From: Paramoeba atlantica
Lineage: Eukaryota; Protista; Discosea
Length of the DNA: 64,000 nt
Direction of reading: 5' to 3'
Assembly (NCBI GenBank): GCA_977017575.1
Contig: CDRNVI010000045.1
Location: forward strand, 1-64,000
Position numbers and translations under genes: made by a program. The notes beneath the pieces are model-generated. The model was not told the DNA's origin, ran no database searches, and saw nothing but the letters and a program-made list of their open reading frames with translations. The first letter of the stretch is position 1, and each line of letters opens with the position of its first letter. Below, piece by piece: positions 1-9,632 of this stretch.

Positions 1-943
1 CTCCCGGTCCCCCGCTCCCCCTCCCCCGAGCCCCCGCGCCCCCACACGCCTCGGTCAGCTCCCCGCGGCTCACGTTCGCGACCCCGAACAGCGACAGCGC
101 CCTGTCCTCCTCGTGGAGCCGGCGAAGGTGCCGGCGGATCGCGACCCGGAGCCCCGCGGTGGGGGTCAGCCGTGGCCCCAGGAGCACCGCGCCCCGGAGC
201 TGGAGGTACCGCGCCAGGGCGTAGAGCTGGGCGTGGGTTAAGGTGTCGAGTAAGGGGGTGGTGAGTTCCGTCGGGGGAGGGAACGAGAACGTACCGGTAG
301 GGTTGCTCTTCCTATTCTTTGGAGAAGAAAGGGGAGAAGAGGAAGGTGTACGGTTTTGTGGTGTACTTGGTGGGGTACACGCCGTAGTACGGCTTGTACT
401 CTTTGTCGTGCCCGTACCCTCATCTGTACCATGAGCCGTACCATTCGTAGTAGTACGCTCTGTACCCGTAGGGCTCCCCCTGTCCCTGCTGCCGTACTCC
501 TCCAGCACCCTCTTAATGGAGGGGGAGGAGAGCCGGGTGAGCTCCTCGGAGAGCCGCGCGCGGGTGGTTTGCAGGGCGTGGAGCCGGGCCCGTTGTTGGG
601 ACTCCTCCTCATAGGTGGAGGGGAGGAGGTTGGGGAAGAAGTAGAGCACGGCGGGGAGGGCGAACTCCAGGAAGGGGACCAGGATGAAGACACTGAACGG
701 GAGCAGGCGGAGCATGTCGGAGCGGGTGGTGCGGAGGTGGCAGAGGTGGGGGAAGGTGAGGGGGTGGCCGGCGGCACGGGCCCGCATGAGGTGGAGGGAG
801 AACCGGGTGTTGGACCCGAGGCGCTGGGTGCCGCGCCAGTAGAAGGCGGTGGCGTCACGGAGCCGGGTGGACCACGGGAGGGGGGAGGGGGTACCGGGAG
901 GAGAAGGTTTCTTGGCGAGAAAAGGGAGCCGGGTTCGGAGCAT
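1..943 (-). CDS. LETM1: LETM1/Mdm38-like mitochondrial inner-membrane protein; 3' end runs off the window; absent from the ORF track
   Basis: Manual translation from ATG at 943: MLRTRLPFLAKK...DMLRLLPFSVFILVPFLEFALPAVLYFFPNLLPSTYEEE...LDTLTHAQLYALARYLQL...LRVAIRRHLRRLHEEDRALSLFGVANVSRGELTEACGARG. No stop before position 1. Matches LETM1 TM and C-terminal motifs. Confidence 0.85.
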   Translation of the reverse strand, partial: MLRTRLPFLAKKPSPPGTPSPLPWSTRLRDATAFYWRGTQRLGSNTRFSLHLMRARAAGHPLTFPHLCHLRTTRSDMLRLLPFSVFILVPFLEFALPAVLYFFPNLLPSTYEEESQQRARLHALQTTRARLSEELTRLSSPSIKRVLEEYGSRDRGSPTGTERTTTNGTAHGTDEGTGTTKSTSRTTACTPPSTPQNRTPSSSPLSSPKNRKSNPTGTFSFPPPTELTTPLLDTLTHAQLYALARYLQLRGAVLLGPRLTPTAGLRVAIRRHLRRLHEEDRALSLFGVANVSRGELTEACGGAGARGRGSGGPG

Positions 944-1346
944 GACTTCGGAGCTGAGTAATGAAGGAGGAGAAATTTGAAAAGGAAGGAAAAACGAAGT
1001 TCTGGTGACAAAATTATTTAATGTACTTGTCTTCTGTTTTATCAACCATAAAGATGGATGATGTGGACCAAGGTGTTAGAGGAAATCTAGACTAGAGGAG
1101 CACGAAAAACGAATTGACTGCATAAATCAGTAAATCAAGGTTGCGGATTGTATCAAGCCTTCTCAAACTGGGGCGTGCACTATAATCATCACGTAGAGGT
1201 AAAAATTGAGGGACTGCGGGTACTTTGTCCGAGACTGGACCGAGACCGTAGTTTGTATTTTCGGTGGGGAGGGACGAAAAAAATGGCGACATGATACATT
1301 TTTTATATTTTTATGCGGAAATCATCGCTGCAATAATATAAAATTA

Positions 1347-1512
1347 TACTACCCTCCCTTAATCGCACTCGGTCAGACCCCCCCCGTTTAAGCGCACATA
1401 GAGTTGAGGTGCAGACTCCAGCTCCGCGAAGCAATGACAATTTTTTTATTACGTACTGATTCAGGCCCTCCGTTGAAACGCACTTTTCATGGAAAATGAG
1501 GTGCGCTTTCGG
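1347..1512. mobile_element. MITE family 1 (TTAAGCGCAC type), partial copy in reverse orientation
   Basis: Reverse-complement match to the 8263-8448 element (cggtcagacccccccgtttaagcg, gtactgattcag, aaatgaggtgcgc). Confidence 0.7.
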
Positions 1513-1760
1513 CGTCTTCGTTACGCCGCGTGCGCTTATCTCGAAGGTGTTCGTGTGGCAGTCGGGGTGAGAAATGCGCCGCTCGTGGAGAGGGAAATTG
1601 TGCTTCTCGCTCTTGCATTGGTTCACATTTTCATAGTTTTGCTCCCACAGCACAGTAAGTTCCAGGGTAAACTCTGTACGGTTTTTCAGGAGCAAGCAGC
1701 CATCAAGTCTTAGTAGTGAACCGTTCTGTCTTAGCTATGATGGCAGATCTCGTTCCCACC
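1513..1760 (-). pseudogene. Decayed REL endonuclease fragment of the HERO/NeSL-like retrotransposon family
   Basis: RLDGCLLLKNRTEFTLELTVLWEQN...HERRISHP...FEISARG aligns by eye with element A RPDGLITLKDGSEFIIELTVPWEEN...HERRINHP...FEVGARG. Confidence 0.75.
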
Positions 1761-2136
1761 ATTATGAGCTTCCCCAGTTCGAGTAGGCTTATGAGTTCAT
1801 TTTCTTAGGTACAGGATTTCGGAATCACTTTTAGGGAAGCGTGTCTTCTGTGATGAACAGATTGTTTCCTAAAAAGTTGTATGTCGGAAACTCCATGTGA
1901 TTGCCAAAAGACTCAACATAGCCTATTCGTTAGGCTCACCTGAACAGATTAGTGTGGCCTGATTATCCCCTTTCTGGGTTGCGATTTCCAGTCTGGTACG
2001 CGCGAAGAAGCGGAATGAGTTCTGTAAGAGCAGATACTGTAAGAGTACAAGCGTTGTCCCTCCTACGTGGGAGTCCTGTTTGACGAAGTTTTGAACTTCT
2101 CTGAGGAATAGACTTCAATACAAAAATACCAAAACA

Positions 2137-2600
2137 TACAGGGGTCAAAACCTCGTGGTGGGGGGTCTAAAATTTGTAAAAAAAAACTGCCCAATTTTGG
2201 AAAGTAATAGCGCATTCGACATCTCTCACAGATTTGTATGTTTTAGCACTATTTGCGGCCTGTGACTCAACATGAAATGGTGAGACAAAAAAATTATGAA
2301 TTTTTTTTGCCCAAATTTACGTTTTTTTCAGTTTTTAGCTGTTTTTCTGTCCATATTAGCACTATATGCCCCAGAAAGGGATTCGCTCCCGAACCTCACG
2401 TGGTGTACTCAGCGACAGGTCCTATTCCTCCCCCGGGGTGATACCAAGTCACCGTATGCTTCTTCTCTCAGATTATCTTGAAGCAGGGTCGTATTCTCAC
2501 ACAGCCCAAAACTTCGACGTCCAAGAAAATACCGCCAAACATCGTGTCATTATTGAGGGGAGTTATTTTACTACTTTGTGAAGCAATTGAATTCAGACTA
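2137..2600 (+). mobile_element. Tc1/mariner-like element 5' remnant (TIR plus truncated transposase N-terminus 2366-2581)
   Basis: TA|CAGGGGTC terminus similar to 5546-5653; ORF MPQKGIRSRTSRGVLSDRSYSSP nearly identical to the start of 5768-6685. Confidence 0.75.
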
Positions 2601-2743
2601 TTTACACTGTGCATCAATAGGAAAGAAAACCCTCCTTTTTGCAATGTCAACCTATAAAATGTGGTTCATCATGTAAGAACTTGAATGCATAATTACAAGT
2701 TGTCTTTCTGTATGCGCTCTTTCTGTATTTGTTCCTTGGGGGC

Positions 2744-2890
2744 ATGTGAGTTCTTATAAGAGGAGATGATTCGAATTTCACATTACCGTATACCCCCAAG
2801 TAATCGAGGATATGTGAGTTCTTATAAGAGCAGATGATTATTATCTCACATTACCGTATACCCCCTCCCAAGTAATAGAGGTATGTTTTG
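2744..2890. repeat. Tandem duplication of about 70 bp containing MITE family 2 termini
   Basis: atgtgagttcttataagag...cacattaccgtataccccc..aagtaat occurs twice; the terminus matches 9240 and 29567. Confidence 0.65.
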
Positions 2891-3254
2891 GGCGAAAATG
2901 ACCGAACTTCTATTGCTCAGGGTTATTCTCTTTTTGGCCAGTTTCTTCTTTTCTCCCAACTTTTTTGCCAATTGTTTCCTGTTTTATCCTCTGAAATCGT
3001 GTTAAAAAGCTTATTTGTGCTACTTCCGAGGCCCCGAACATGCGGACACTCACCCCGTACAGGAAGAACTGCCTATACGCGTCCTGCTGGTCTTCCAAGC
3101 CAAACCTCTATTCCCGGGGGGTGCTATTATTGGCGGGGTCTGCGGTATCTTGAGACTCGCCGGACTAGCTGGTGCAATAGATATTATGATAATAATAATT
3201 AATAATTATTATTATTATGCGATATAGAATTATTAAGAATTATAATTTTCTTTT

Positions 3255-3355
3255 TTAGGCTCCTCGATAAACGCGATGCTTGTTTTCAACTTAGAAGTCA
3301 CACATGCTGCGCGCTTCGCGTTGAAAATTACCACCGCGTTTAACGAAGAGCCTAA
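3255..3355. repeat. About 100-bp fold-back MITE family 3, copy 1
   Basis: ttaggctcctcgataaacgcg ... cgcgtttaacgaagagcctaa inverted termini; near-identical to 4960-5060. Confidence 0.7.
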
Positions 3356-3589
3356 AAAAGAAAATTTGGCCTGGAAAGCTGAAGAAAACGGAAAGATTAC
3401 TGTGACCTCCCCTTTATTATGGACACTTTTTCAGCTTTTGTCCATAGTAAAGGGGGGGGGTGATGAAAAAGGTGTGGAAAATTTTTTTTATCTTCTTATA
3501 ATTCTTATACGATTCGGAAAGAAGGTCTGACGAGCCGGATAAGGAAATCTTCTATAAGCTCACTGTAATACACGAGTTATCACCAACGA

Positions 3590-3840
3590 ATCAAAATAAA
3601 CGTGCACGCAACTGATGAAGGATGCGATGAAGCCAATTTTAAAAAATTGGCCTCCGAATTCACCAGATCTTTCCTCCATAGAAAATGTATGGTACATGGT
3701 CCAAGTGGCTGTGGACGAACTTGCTCCGTCGGATAAGCCTTCTTTCATTCGATGTGTAAAAAACGAGTGATGTAGATTGCCACAAAAAGTGATCGATAGG
3801 ACGGTGTTAAATTTTGACGCTCGTGTGACAGATTGGTAAT
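3590..3840 (+). pseudogene. Tc1-like transposase C-terminal remnant
   Basis: aattggcctccgaattcaccagatctttcctccatagaaaatgtatgg translates as NWPPNSPDLSSIENVW (Tc1 WPxxSPDLNPIENxW motif). Confidence 0.7.
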
Positions 3841-4959
3841 TGTAATCTAAACATGCTCATTGATCTTTGTTTCAACCCGTTCCCGGGCGCGCAAAATTCT
3901 CATTTTGACCTTTTTGACATTGTTGCAACAATGTCGGTGGTCACGTTTCGTGATCCGGGGTTTATTAAGCTAAGTTTCGTCCGCTTTTCTCCTTTGTGTG
4001 ATGTGAAAGCTGACGAAATTACCTAGCTACAGATACCCTAGAAAACGGAAAAAAAAACTTTTTTCAAAAACTCAAATCACTCGTAGGCATGCATTCGAGG
4101 CTACAGAACGTATTGGGTACAGAATGTGACTCCAACCACACGATTCTTTCGACCCAAAAAGACCCCTTGGTGTCCGAAAAATACTTTTTCGCATTTTTTG
4201 GTCAAAAATGGGTCATTTTGGGAGGGGTACCACGTCTTCAAGGAGCGACGTCTCGCAAAACTAATGGCGTAGAAAGCTACAATAGGTCCCAAACTATCAA
4301 AATACAATAGGCAAAACAATTTTGGAAAAATATTTTTTTACCATTTTTTTCGTCAAGTTGAAATTTTTTTCAAAAACATTTTTCCGAAAAAATCCGAACT
4401 TGACAGACCCGTCCTGCGGATACGAGGGGGGGTCACCCCCGGGTAGGGGGGTGGAAAATGCGCGCCAAGACCCCGGCTACCCCTTCTGCTATTTTGTTTC
4501 GAAAAATAATTTTTTCAAAAAAATTTCGTGCGGTATGCCCCCCCATGGACCCCCCAAGGGTTCGATTTTTTTTGAAAATTTTTGGACCACCGGAGCCCAT
4601 TTCATATATTTTTCTTTTATTATATTACTGTGTTCATCCTTATATTTTCACTGTTTTTGTTCACTTTTTTTTCAATAATCGAGGGTAGAGCGGTAGTTAT
4701 ACAACCACCGCAATTTATTATGCCTAGCTTCTTCTCCGGGTGTCTAGCTTGTTCTCAGGGTGAAAGTGGCGCCGCGAAGGGACGCAGATTTTTTTAACGC
4801 ATGTGATAATGAGTTTTTTTTAGCTGCATTTTTTTAGATAGTGAGTATCTTTATCGTCTACTATCCATGCAACAAGTAAGTTGTAGATCTATAATATAAT
4901 ATAATTATTAATAAGTAATTTCCTATTATTAGAGACATCAATTACTGTATTAATAATTT

Positions 4960-5060
4960 TTAGGCTCTTCGTTAAACGCGGTGGTTGTTCGCAACTTAGA
5001 AGTCACTCATGCTGCGCGCTTCGCGTTGAAAACTACCACCGCGTTTAACGAAGAGCCTAA
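4960..5060. repeat. About 100-bp fold-back MITE family 3, copy 2
   Basis: ttaggctcttcgttaaacgcggtggt / accaccgcgtttaacgaagagcctaa inverted termini; partial relatives near 26060 and 28550. Confidence 0.7.
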
Positions 5061-5545
5061 AAAAGAAAAATCGCTAAAAGATCATGAATAATAGATTTTT
5101 TTTAGGTGAAAAAGCTCGATTTTTCGGCAAAAAATGCGAATTTTTAACCCGAATTGGGGCCGTTTTTTGACGCCTTACCAGTAAGGGTAGGAGGCGAACC
5201 TGACGAGAAAAGCATCGTAGAATGGTAGCTGGGGTCCCAAACTCCTAAAACACGTTTTTTTACTTTTTACTTTTTTTTGGGTCAAAAACAAATTTTTTTC
5301 GTCATCCCAAAGTTTTCGGAAATTTTGACCTTGACGGACCTCCTGCGCGTACCGGGGGGGGTAGAAAATTATCGCCGCGGCCTGCTCTACCACTTCCCTG
5401 CGCTCGATTTTGAAAAGCAAAAAATTCGCGACGTATGCCCCCCCCTGGACCCCCCATTTTTTTGAATTCGTTTTTCAGTTTTGGACCACCGGAGCCCCCT
5501 TTTATATTTTTTTCTTCTATTATAATTTATTACTGTGTTCCTCTA

Positions 5546-6824
5546 TACAGGGGTGCGAATCTAAAGGTGGGGGGGTCTAAAATTCGTAAAAGTTGTCCAA
5601 TTTTGGAAAATAATAGCGCATTGGATAGCTCTCACAGAGTTGTATGTTTTAGGATAGGTAGCATCCGGGGTTTGGGGGGTACCCCCCTTTCATGTAAGGG
5701 TCAAAAACACATATTGCAATACTTTAGTGATGTCAATAATTTCTGTAATTTGGATTGCAAAAGACAATTAGTAACCACAGTGCCCCCCGTTCCGACTAAT
5801 AACAATTTCACAACGCTTCCTGAAACTCTTCAACGTTTTCTGAACCGTTGCAGAGTGGGTCTGTTTCAATTTAAGGAAAGACCCCTCAATGGCGGCTTCC
5901 AGTTGCTGTCGATTTCGGGGTCGAAGAAGATTTTTGTCTGTGTCCATCACAGACCACAAATTTTCGATCGGATTCAGGTCTGGAGATTTTGCAGGCCAGG
6001 GGAGAACGGAAACGCTCACACCCATCCAAACCATAATCCCATTTCCGCCGTACCATGATTCTAGCTCGCCTCGTTGTTCCTTATGGGGGTCCGTCCTCCG
6101 ACAAAGGTAAGTTCGCCCGGAACGCCCACGACCGCAAGTAAACTTCTTTTCGTCACAATAAACAAAATGAAGGAGTTGAGCGTCGCTCTTCTCGAGCATC
6201 GCCTTACAAAATTGCAACCGTTTCTCCTTGTGTTCGAGCGTGAGTGATGGTCGTCGCCGAAGAGTGCGGAGCACAACGCCTTGCTTCTTCAATGTGTCGA
6301 CTAGGGTCCGTCGACTGCAGGTGAATCCTTGGATACGGATCTCTCGCAGAAGATCGCTCCAGCTCTCTACGCCGTAAACAAGGTCGCGATACCCCTCGTC
6401 GACAAGCTTGAGAGCCACATCCAGGAACGCAGGGGTAACCACCGTCGAGACACGCTCTCGGGATGCCGTTAACACGTCACCTGTAAGGGTAAAACGTTCA
6501 ACCCAACGTTTTACAGTGTTCTCATGAACACCAAAGTACTGCGCCGTAGCGGAGTACGATCCTGTGCGCTCGTATTCCGCCACCAAAAGCATGCGGTGAC
6601 TCTCTTTGACGGGGGCGGGGGAAGAATACGATCTATCGCTCAGTACTCCACGGGAAGTCCTCGAGCGAGCGCGCTTTTGGGGCATTTTCTAGTAAAAAAT
6701 GTAATTCCTGCGAGGGAAAAAAGCGAAATGTGGTATCAAAAAATATGTACGTTAAAATCACAGGATTTTAATGCGCCTAAAACATACAACTCTGTGAGAG
6801 CTATCCAATGCGCTATTATTTTCC
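5546..6824 (-). mobile_element. Tc1/mariner-like DNA transposon with truncated right TIR
   Basis: TA|CAGGGGTG left end; exact 49-bp inverted repeat at 5605-5653 and 6776-6824; transposase ORF inside. Confidence 0.85.
5768..6685 (-). CDS. Tc1-like transposase with an in-frame internal deletion of the central catalytic-Asp region
   Basis: HTH-like N-terminus, YCDEKKF (first D), then IMVWMGVSVSVLPWPAKSPDLNPIENLW. The segment between VWMG and WPAKSPDL that is present in 6891-7361 is missing. Confidence 0.8.
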   Translation of the reverse strand: MPQKRARSRTSRGVLSDRSYSSPAPVKESHRMLLVAEYERTGSYSATAQYFGVHENTVKRWVERFTLTGDVLTASRERVSTVVTPAFLDVALKLVDEGYRDLVYGVESWSDLLREIRIQGFTCSRRTLVDTLKKQGVVLRTLRRRPSLTLEHKEKRLQFCKAMLEKSDAQLLHFVYCDEKKFTCGRGRSGRTYLCRRTDPHKEQRGELESWYGGNGIMVWMGVSVSVLPWPAKSPDLNPIENLWSVMDTDKNLLRPRNRQQLEAAIEGSFLKLKQTHSATVQKTLKSFRKRCEIVISRNGGHCGY

Positions 6825-6829
6825 TTTGC

Positions 6830-7361
6830 CGGAAGACTGACCCCGCTAAGGAACAACAGGGAGAGCCAGAACCTTGGAGGGAACGGCGTCATGGTGTGGA
6901 TGGGAGTACGTTTAAATCATGGATTTCATCCACAATTTTTTCCCCCCCACGACCCTTCCGGCCGGAAAGTAACTGTAACAGGGGATGTTTTCAATGACGC
7001 CATGAAGAAGCACAAAGGAATTTTAAATTATGTGAGGCGCCACCCAGCTGCAGTCATTGAAATGTATAATTGTCCTGTTCATAATTTTGCACGAACAACC
7101 TTTCGCAACGAAGGCATTAATGCACTCTCTTGGCCTGCAAAATCCCCCGATTTAAACACCATCGAAAACCTTTGGGGGACCATGGACAGGATCAAAAATG
7201 ATCTCCGACCCAAGAATCGGGCTGAATTAGTATCGGCCATTCAGACGGCGTTCGCAAGATTACAATCCGAACGCAAGCATGAGTGTACTAACACGACGAA
7301 CAGGTTTCGCAAACGTTGCCGCATCGTTATTGAGCGAAACGGATCTTCCTGTGGGTATTGA
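6830..7361 (+). pseudogene. Tc1-like transposase C-terminal fragment from a related copy
   Basis: MVWMGV...EMYNCPVH (degenerate QDNAPxH)...WPAKSPDLNTIENLW...RKRCRIVIERNGSSCGY. Confidence 0.8.
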
Positions 7362-7539
7362 GGGTAATTTTTGACCATTTTTTACAGTTTTTCAAATTTG
7401 CAAATCGTGTTCTTGACCCTCCTAACCCCCAAAAAGTTTGTGGGCATCACTTCACGAAACTGTTCTACATTTTCAGTTTTCTGCGTATTAAAGGGGGTTA
7501 AGAGCCAGGCGCCTTAAGCGCGAGGGTCAAAAGAATTTA

Positions 7540-8232
7540 CTAATTTCTTTTTTGCTTTCCCACGGCAACATTTTGAGGTACAGCGTCAGGTATGATGAAG
7601 CAATTACGGTCAAGCTGAATCCGCACGGTACTAGAAATCTTGGAAAAGTCTAAGCTCCCATAAAGTGCATTAGAACTCAGGTTCAGGAAACATAGAGAAG
7701 CGGGAAGAGAGTTAAGATCAATATCCCCTTCAAAACTGTTATAGCTTAAATTCAATAATTCCAATGAACATGGTAAGTGCGTGAGATCCAGGTGCCCACT
7801 GCACTCGTTCCCACCAATATCAAACTCTCTCAAGCATGATGGCAATAAAGCCAGTCGCACAGGACCAGATAAATCTTGCAAGAAAGATTCAAAGACTAAC
7901 AAGGTTTGTGGTGTGTACTCCCATTGTAGCTCGCCTTTTATATCTGCACACGGAGGATCGAACTCAAAGTCCTCGAATAGCGTTCTGCTCCACTTCAGCG
8001 ACGTAACGTGCTCATGAGCATCGCATTCGACCAACATCCACTCACAGGCAGGTGTACTATCCGTCCATGATTCGTGTTTACCGGTCAAGTTGCGCACGAA
8101 TTGAGATAGAGTGTATTCCTGTGGCAAGACAGAACCACGCACTCTACTTGGACGACGTGGGATATCATCGCTGAAAACGAACATCGGTCGAGGAGTTTTG
8201 CTCGGGCAACGCATAGGTGCTAGTAAAAACAA
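7540..8232 (-). CDS. LRR protein of the expanded family (LPQEY cap, W..C.W..V.C, LxxLxLxxN repeats)
   Basis: RVRGSVLPQEY...TPACEWMLVEC...LPCSLELLNLSYNSFEGDIDLNSLPASL. Confidence 0.8.
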   Translation of the reverse strand: MFLLAPMRCPSKTPRPMFVFSDDIPRRPSRVRGSVLPQEYTLSQFVRNLTGKHESWTDSTPACEWMLVECDAHEHVTSLKWSRTLFEDFEFDPPCADIKGELQWEYTPQTLLVFESFLQDLSGPVRLALLPSCLREFDIGGNECSGHLDLTHLPCSLELLNLSYNSFEGDIDLNSLPASLCFLNLSSNALYGSLDFSKISSTVRIQLDRNCFIIPDAVPQNVAVGKQKRN

Positions 8233-8262
8233 ATACGTGTATCCTATTATTTCAAAATTAAA

Positions 8263-8448
8263 TACTGTCCCCCTCCCCGTTTAAGCGCACCTCGTTTTCC
8301 GTGAAAAGTGCGCTTAAATGGGGGGGTCTGAATCAGTACATAAAAAATATTTGGCGCCGCTTCGCGGCGCCGGAGACTCCGCCTCAACTTTATGTACGCT
8401 TAAACGGGGGGGTCTGACCGGGTGCGCTTAAGGGGAAGGGGTACAGTA
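8263..8448. mobile_element. MITE family 1, complete, TA-flanked
   Basis: TA|CTGTCCCCCTCCCCGTTTAAGCGCAC ... GTGCGCTTAAGGGGAAGGGGTACAG|TA. Confidence 0.8.
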
Positions 8449-9239
8449 CATGAAAGCATTCGTGTAAATAGTGAGGGCACTATAAATATTAAATGCAAAG
8501 ACAAAAAAGTGATAAAAGAGAATAAAAAGAAAGGAGGAAAAGTTGATTCGTGAGGAGAAAAGAAAAGATGATTCGTGATCGAAAAAACAACTTTTATTAA
8601 GGAGTAGAGTCTAGAGAACCACAAACTCATTAACTTTGAGCCCATGAACGAGGGAACTCCCAATAAGCTGATTTCGGGACAGTGCCCTTCGGAATCGACC
8701 CACTAAGGCGTGCAATGTTATCCTGCATGGGCTTGAGAACTTAATTCTCATGTAATGTAACAGTACATAGAAAACGTGTTCACTCAATCTATATAATGCT
8801 GCCTATTTAATAACACCCGTGAATTCCTCAACCCTCATAACAAAATCATAGCGAAATATTGGACCCCTATTTACTGAGCATATCCTTTCACCCCCCCGCC
8901 TCCACACATCCTATAACTTACGACTGGGATATCAAAAGTTTCGCGCCGCACGTTCCGTTGTTTTCATTTTGGATATGTTCCTATAATACTATAGTTTCCA
9001 CTATAACTTAATTCGCCTATAACATATAAGTACATTCGAATTACTAACGCACGCTTCCAGGTGTGCACTCCATAGTGTTGTGCTTGTTCTTGGGTTTAAG
9101 TGCTCAATAACAACTTTGGTAAACGTCAAGAAATGCCACAGATGAAAATGCCATTGATTATGCGAACTTTAAAAAGAAAGCATGCACTGACCGATCAACA
9201 CAAGAAGCGATTTCACTTGGTCAGATACCCAACTGAGAT

Positions 9240-9551
9240 TACCGTATACCTCCCCCTCTAGTAATAGAATCAATTTTAGACCAAAATGGCCTAATCCTTG
9301 TTACTGGGGGGTATGCTTTTTTGGCGGACAAAGGCCTCTTTTGTTCATGAGTGGGTTGATTTTCTGTCCAGCCAATCCAGCAACTACGACATTCGCTCCG
9401 CCCTCTCACCCCCTCACCCCTCGCCCCCTCATCCCGCCCAAACACCGCCTTCCCCCTCCAACCACCCTCCCGAATACATTTTACTGGGGGACAGCCTAAA
9501 AAAGGCCCAATCTCCGTTACTCGGGGTTCTATTACTGAGGGGTATAAGGTA
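9240..9551. mobile_element. MITE family 2 (TA|CCGTATACC), complete
   Basis: Imperfect TIRs ttaccgtatacc..agtaatagaa / ttctattactgaggggtataaggtaa; internal homology to 29567-29868. Confidence 0.8.
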
Positions 9552-9632
9552 ATTGTTTTGTGCGATGAGAAGTCCATTTGCGGTAGGGGACGAGACACAC
9601 ACATTTTTTCTATTTTTTTTTTTTTTGAACAC

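Noticed and set aside
238-1011. Track ORFs 238-1011, 356-961 and 243-434
   Set aside because: These are alternative-frame or antisense shadows of the LETM1-like CDS.
1092-1292. Additional LRR pseudogene
   Set aside because: Only a weak SLRRLD match, with no cap motif or second repeat.
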